Made by a program: the position numbers and the translations under genes
Part shown: one piece after another, positions 58,746 to 64,000 of the stretch
How positions within the stretch are numbered: the first letter of the stretch is position 1
Layout: the number at the start of each line of letters is the position of its first letter
DNA from: Paraspadella gotoi
Lineage: Eukaryota; Animalia; Chaetognatha
DNA: 64,000 nucleotides
Reading direction: 5' to 3'
Assembly: GCA_051294375.1 (NCBI GenBank)
Contig: JBJCIZ010000239.1
Location: forward strand, 2,617,476-2,681,475
The notes under the pieces: model-generated
Told to the model about the DNA's origin: nothing
The model's input: the letters and a program-made list of their open reading frames with translations, nothing else
Database searches by the model: none

Positions 58746-61700
58746 ATGTCAACAACATCATCTGGTCCCCCCTCTGTTGGAGAAGGCCCACAAGGTGCCC
58801 CAACTCCTCCCGTGCCACCAAGTGGTGTTCAAGGAATTGGTTCTCCTCTGCCAAATTCTCCGCACGGTACCCATTATGGAGAACATTCACCAGTACCTGG
58901 ACAACCTGGAAATTTCCCGGCGGGATCTCAAGGAGGGCCTTCTCAAGGTCATCCTCCTGGAATTTCACATGGAAACCCTCCATACGCTGCTTATAATGGG
59001 CATATGAATATGCCAAATCATTTTGGCCCCAATCATGCTAGTTGGGGTCCGTCATCTGGTGGGTATGCACCTCCATCTCATAACCAAGGATCAACTCCTA
59101 TAATTCAAGGCCCCGTCCATGGTCAAGGACCCACTCATGGTCACGCACCTTCTCATCATAATCAGGGTCCACCGCAACATAGCCAGGGAGCTCATCATGG
59201 TCCAGCTCATTCCCAAGGTCATCATGGTCAAGGACCCCCAACCCACGGGCATGGGCCACAGCATGGTTCTTCAAATCATGGACAGGGACTTTCATCTCAT
59301 GCTCCAGCTTCTCATGGGCATGGTCAAGCCCATTCGCAAGGGCCACCAACGCCTCATAGTCAAGGACCATTACCTGGTCATGGTCCACCTCACCATGGAC
59401 AAGGACCATCGCATGGGCAAGTACCACCGCTCCATACACAAGGTGCATCTCATGGACCAAGCAATACTCATGGTCCAGGGGGATCTCATAGCCAAGGACA
59501 AACGCAAGGACAAGTTCCCCATCATATTGGGACAAATCCTCCGCATGGACAAGGGCCTTCTGCTTCTAATCATAGTCAAGGTCCTCCGGCACATCCTAGT
59601 GCTCAGAGTTTACCACCACATAGTCATTCATCTATACAACATGGTCCATCGCCTCAAGAGCAAGGTTCGGGACATTATATGTCTCAAGGTCCACCTCCAT
59701 CAATCAGTGGTCAGGGAACAACGCATCCTCATGCTTTACACGGTCCTCCTCAGGGAAATTCTGGGCCTCACACTGTACCACCTACTGGTGGTTCTTCCCA
59801 TGGATACTATTCAAGTCACCAAGGAGGTCCTCCTATCTCTCACGAACAGTCTTCACAAGAAACAAATTTTCAGATGTCTTCTTACGGACAACAACCCCCT
59901 AATGGGGGTCCATCTCATAATTATAATGCGTCTAACCAATATCACGGTGCACCACAACCATCAAATTCTCAAACCACAAGTACAAGAGGCCCTTCTCATG
60001 GTGGTCAATCGTCATCGAGTGTAATTCATCCAAGTGGATCTACCAACACTCAAAGTGGATCTTCATCCGAGGAAATGAGAGTTCAGTTCAACAAAAACCA
60101 ATTGGATCAATTACGAGCTCAAATTATGGCGTATAAATTATTAGCACGCAACCAGGGAGTCCCCGAAAATCTGATATTAGCAGTTCAAGGGAAACGACCA
60201 GGTCCAATGGGCCCTTATCCTCCCTCTGGACCCCCAGGACCATCTCTTCCAGCTGGTCGTAGTCATCCTTTGAGTTCAAACGTGGGATCGTTACCTGGTC
60301 AAAATCCATCAATGATGAATCAGCCTGGTTCTGGAATGCCTACCGGAAGTGGCCCTGTCTCTGGCCCTCCCCAGCAGGCATCCGGTCAGTCTGGCAATGG
60401 AATGCCAATCATGATTGCTGCTCAGCAGAAAGGTAATAGGATTACACCAATTGCAAAACCTGCAGGAATCGATCCAATTGATTTATTGTCCGAGAGAGAA
60501 AACAGAATAGCGCAAAGAATTGGATTTCGCATTCAATGTCTTCAAAAATTACCTGCCAATATTCCTGAAGATCTTAGAATAAAAGCCCAGATTGAATACA
60601 GAGCTTTGAGAGTTTTAAATCTGCAGCGTCAGTTGAGAGCCGAAGTAGTGCAATCCATGAGACGCGATACAACATTAGAAACCGCTCTTAACTCCAAGAT
60701 GTACAAGAGAGCAAAACGACAAGGTTTACGCGAAGCTCGTATAACCGAAAAATTAGAAAAACAGCAGAAGTTGGAATTGGAAAGAAAAACAAGACAGAAT
60801 CATCAAGATTACTTAGATGCCGTTATGGCTCACGCCAAGGAGTTCCGTGAATTCCATCGAAATATTCAAACTAAAGTTGGGAAAGTGAATAGAGCTGTGC
60901 AAACCTATCATGCCAACACAGAAAGGGAACAAAAAAAGAAGCAGGAAATGCTCGAGAAAGAACGTATGAGACGCCTCATGGCAGAAGATGAAGAAGGATA
61001 CCGTAAACTTATTGACGAACAAAAAGATAAAAGATTAGCATTCTTACTGGATCAAACTGATGAATTTATTAAGCAACTTTCAACTTGCGTTCAAGAGTTT
61101 CAAGATGAACAAAGAAAGCTTCTTAAGCCCAAAAGGAGACAGAAAAATCTTTTGGCTACTGACAGCGAAGGAAACATTCTTGAAGGATTAAATGACGAAG
61201 GGTCTAACATGAGCATGAGCGACCAAGTTCATGTGATGGTGAGAGAAATTAACAACCCGATGAATATCCTACGTGGCGCCGAAGCACCTGTGGCGGCGTT
61301 TCTAGACGATTGGCTGGATCAGCATCCTGGCTGGGAACCTGTTCCCGATGCCAATGCTAAAGACGTTCCAGACGATGGAAGCAGCGACGACGACGACGGT
61401 GATGATGATAAAGTTGATGGAAACGATGGAGAAAACTCCTCAGATTCGAAATCGAAAAAGAAAAAGAAGAAGGTAGTTGAAGTTGTGAACACAGCAGAAG
61501 ACGACGATTATCATAAATCTGACATGCAAACGTATTACAACGTCGCTCATAGAACCAAGGAGCCGGTCACGAAACAAGCTTCGATCATGGTGAATGGATA
61601 TTTGAAAGAATACCAAATAAAGGGTCTTGAATGGCTCGTATCGCTTTATAACAATAACCTCAACGGTATTTTGGCAGATGAGATGGGACTAGGAAAGACC

Positions 61701-63909
61701 ATTCAGACAATTGGCTTAATCACGTACTTGATGGAAACCAAGCGTATCAATGGACCATACCTGATTGTCGTGCCACTAGCCACTATATCTAATTGGCAAA
61801 TTGAGTTTGAGCGGTGGGCACCTTCCGTCACCGCTATTTCTTATATGGGTCATCAAAACTCAAGAAAGTCCCTGGCCAACATCATTCGTCGTGGCCAATT
61901 TAACGTCTGTCTGACCACTTTTGAGTACATCATCAAGGATAAATCTGTCCTTGCCAAACTGAAATGGAAATACATGATAATCGATGAAGGACACAGAATG
62001 AAGAATCATCACTGTAAATTAACATTCATTTTGAATACTTTTTACAACGCTCCAAGGCGACTACTTTTGACCGGTACTCCTTTGCAAAACAAGCTGCCCG
62101 AGTTGTGGGCTCTTCTAAACTTCCTGCTGCCGTCTATTTTCAAATCGGTCAACACCTTTGAACAATGGTTCAATGCACCCTTCGCTCTGACGTGTGAAAA
62201 GGTAGAATTAAATGCCGAAGAGTCTATGCTCATCATCCGCCGATTGCACAAGGTTTTACGCCCATTTTTGCTGAGGCGTCTGAAGAAAGAAGTCGAATCT
62301 CAGTTGCCGGACAAGATCGAATACGTGATAAAATGCGATATGTCGGCTCTTCAAAAAGTCGTCTATCATCACATGCAGAAACGCGGCATCATGCTCACGA
62401 ACGGAAACGAAAAGGGAAAGGGCGGAAAAGGCGGAGCCAAGGCTCTTATGAACACGATCATGCAGCTGCGTAAGTTGTGCAACCATCCGTTCATGTTCCA
62501 GCACATCGAAGAATCGTTCGCGGAACACATCGGACAGCCCATCGCCGACGGAGCGCCCATGATATCCGGCCCGGATTTGTTTCGGGCCTCTGGAAAGTTC
62601 GAGTTGCTGGACAGGATGCTGCCCAAGCTGAAGCACTTCGGTCATCGCGTCCTCATCTTCTGTCAAATGACGACGCTGATGACCATCATGGAAGATTATC
62701 TCCAGTGGCGAGAGTACAAGTACTTGCGTCTCGACGGCGCCACGCGCGGCGACGACCGTGGAACGCTCCTCGAAAAATTCAATCACCCAGAGTCGGAATA
62801 TTTCATATTCCTCCTTTCGACGAGGGCGGGCGGGTTGGGGTTGAATCTCCAAACCGCCGACACGGTTGTCATATTCGATTCCGATTGGAATCCTCATCAA
62901 GACATGCAGGTTAATTTACTGTTTTATACCTTTTTCAAAATCCCAAAGTTTTTTTTTCTAGTTCATTACTTTGTATAATTTAACGAAATATATCTCGCCA
63001 TCTCAGGCTCAAGACCGCGCCCATCGAATCGGGCAGAAGAACGAAGTTCGAGTCCTGCGACTCTTGACGGTCAACTCCGTCGAGGAAAAGATTCTCGCCG
63101 CTGCCAAACACAAGATGAACATGGACGAGAAGGTCATTCAGGCGGGAATGTTCGACTCTAAATCCACCAATGTCGACCGTCGCAAATATCTGCATTCGAT
63201 TCTGGAAAAGGAGACTGGTAATTACTATATATAATATATATGTAATATATTACTGTATAATCTTAGAGAAGATGCTGATGATGATGGACATTTGACATAC
63301 AATTACATTCAATTCGTAATCAATGACTGTTGTTGAGACGTCTGACACCTTGCGCCGTGAGACGTGCGTTTCGGTTTATTTAACTAATATTTTTAAAATA
63401 TTAAACATTACTTCAACAATCGTGTATTCCTCGCCATCCCCTAGGACTGGAAGAAGAGGAAGAGGACGAAGTTCCCGACGACGAAACGATCAACCAGATG
63501 ATCGCTCGATCCGAACTCGAATTCGAAAAGTATCAGGAGATGGATATCGAGCGGCGACGCGAGGAGGCGCAGAACCCCAACCGGAAACCGCGTCTCATCG
63601 AGCAGTCGGAACTGCCGGGCTGGTTGCTCAAGGCCGACGAAGAGATCGACTCGCTCACTGCCGACGAAGAAGTCAAGGTCGGGGCGTGAAGGGATTTGTA
63701 AAGTTTGGTTCTGATAAATCGTCTAACAAAAGTTTGTGTCCAACATAAGTAATTAATATTTTCCGAATTCTCAGACGATCTTTGGAAAGGGTCATCGGGC
63801 AAGAAAAGAGGTGGACTATTCCGATGGCGTGACGGAGAAGCAGTGGCTGATGGCCATTGAGGACGGAACCCTTGATGATCTCGAGGAAAGCATCCGGGAA
63901 AAGAAGAAG
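58746..63909 (+). CDS. SMARCA4: SWI/SNF ATPase brahma/SMARCA2/4, 3'-partial; exons 58746-62909, 63007-63217, 63445-63677, 63775-63909, continues beyond the window
   Basis: QLQ ([15 protein letters not shown]), HSA, BRK, the SNF2 ATPase ([35 protein letters not shown]) and SnAC. This is the single invertebrate orthologue of SMARCA2/4. Confidence 0.96.
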
Positions 63910-64000
63910 GTATGGTGTATAACAATATTAAACCTTTAGGGCAATAGATTGAAAATTTATCAAAACTTAATCAGAATACGACAATATGCAAATGAAATTG

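Noticed and set aside
63266-63360. Possible alternative terminal exon in a brahma intron
   Set aside because: It gives only 9 codons in the required phase, and the canonical exon at 63445 continues the conserved sequence.

Overview
This is eukaryotic nuclear DNA from an animal (probably a ciliated invertebrate) with a very compact genome. It uses the standard genetic code, has mostly 40-400 nt AT-rich introns and has CpG-rich exons. I can support 24 protein-coding loci, identified by recalled similarity to known families, not by database search. Twenty-three lie head-to-tail on the + strand: MTFR1-like (partial), merlin/NF2, prolyl oligopeptidase, a small tail-anchored protein, yippee/YPEL, CASP, MsrA, ANKIB1, MED23, a Ser/Pro-rich orphan, a C2H2 protein, NDUFV3, SPOUT1, a 66-aa ORF, TMEM251/LYSET, THOC2, an orphan, RNASEK, a BTB-ZF protein, carboxypeptidase E, GTPBP10, a fukutin-like gene and SMARCA2/4 (partial). 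The only - strand gene is CFAP53, nested in a MED23 intron. The main signal is the architecture. The genes are co-oriented over 64 kb, stop-to-start gaps fall to 66-110 nt, and apparently unpaired 3' splice acceptors sit just before many start codons. This points to long polycistronic transcription units resolved by spliced-leader trans-splicing (inference). Other observations include a possible bicistronic uORF-TMEM251 unit, GC-AG introns, a large insertion in the prolyl oligopeptidase catalytic domain, a doubled-length multi-UIM ANKIB1, an intronless stand-alone CASP, CpG-poor domains, MITEs and small structured intronic repeats. I saw no tRNA, rRNA or CRISPR array.
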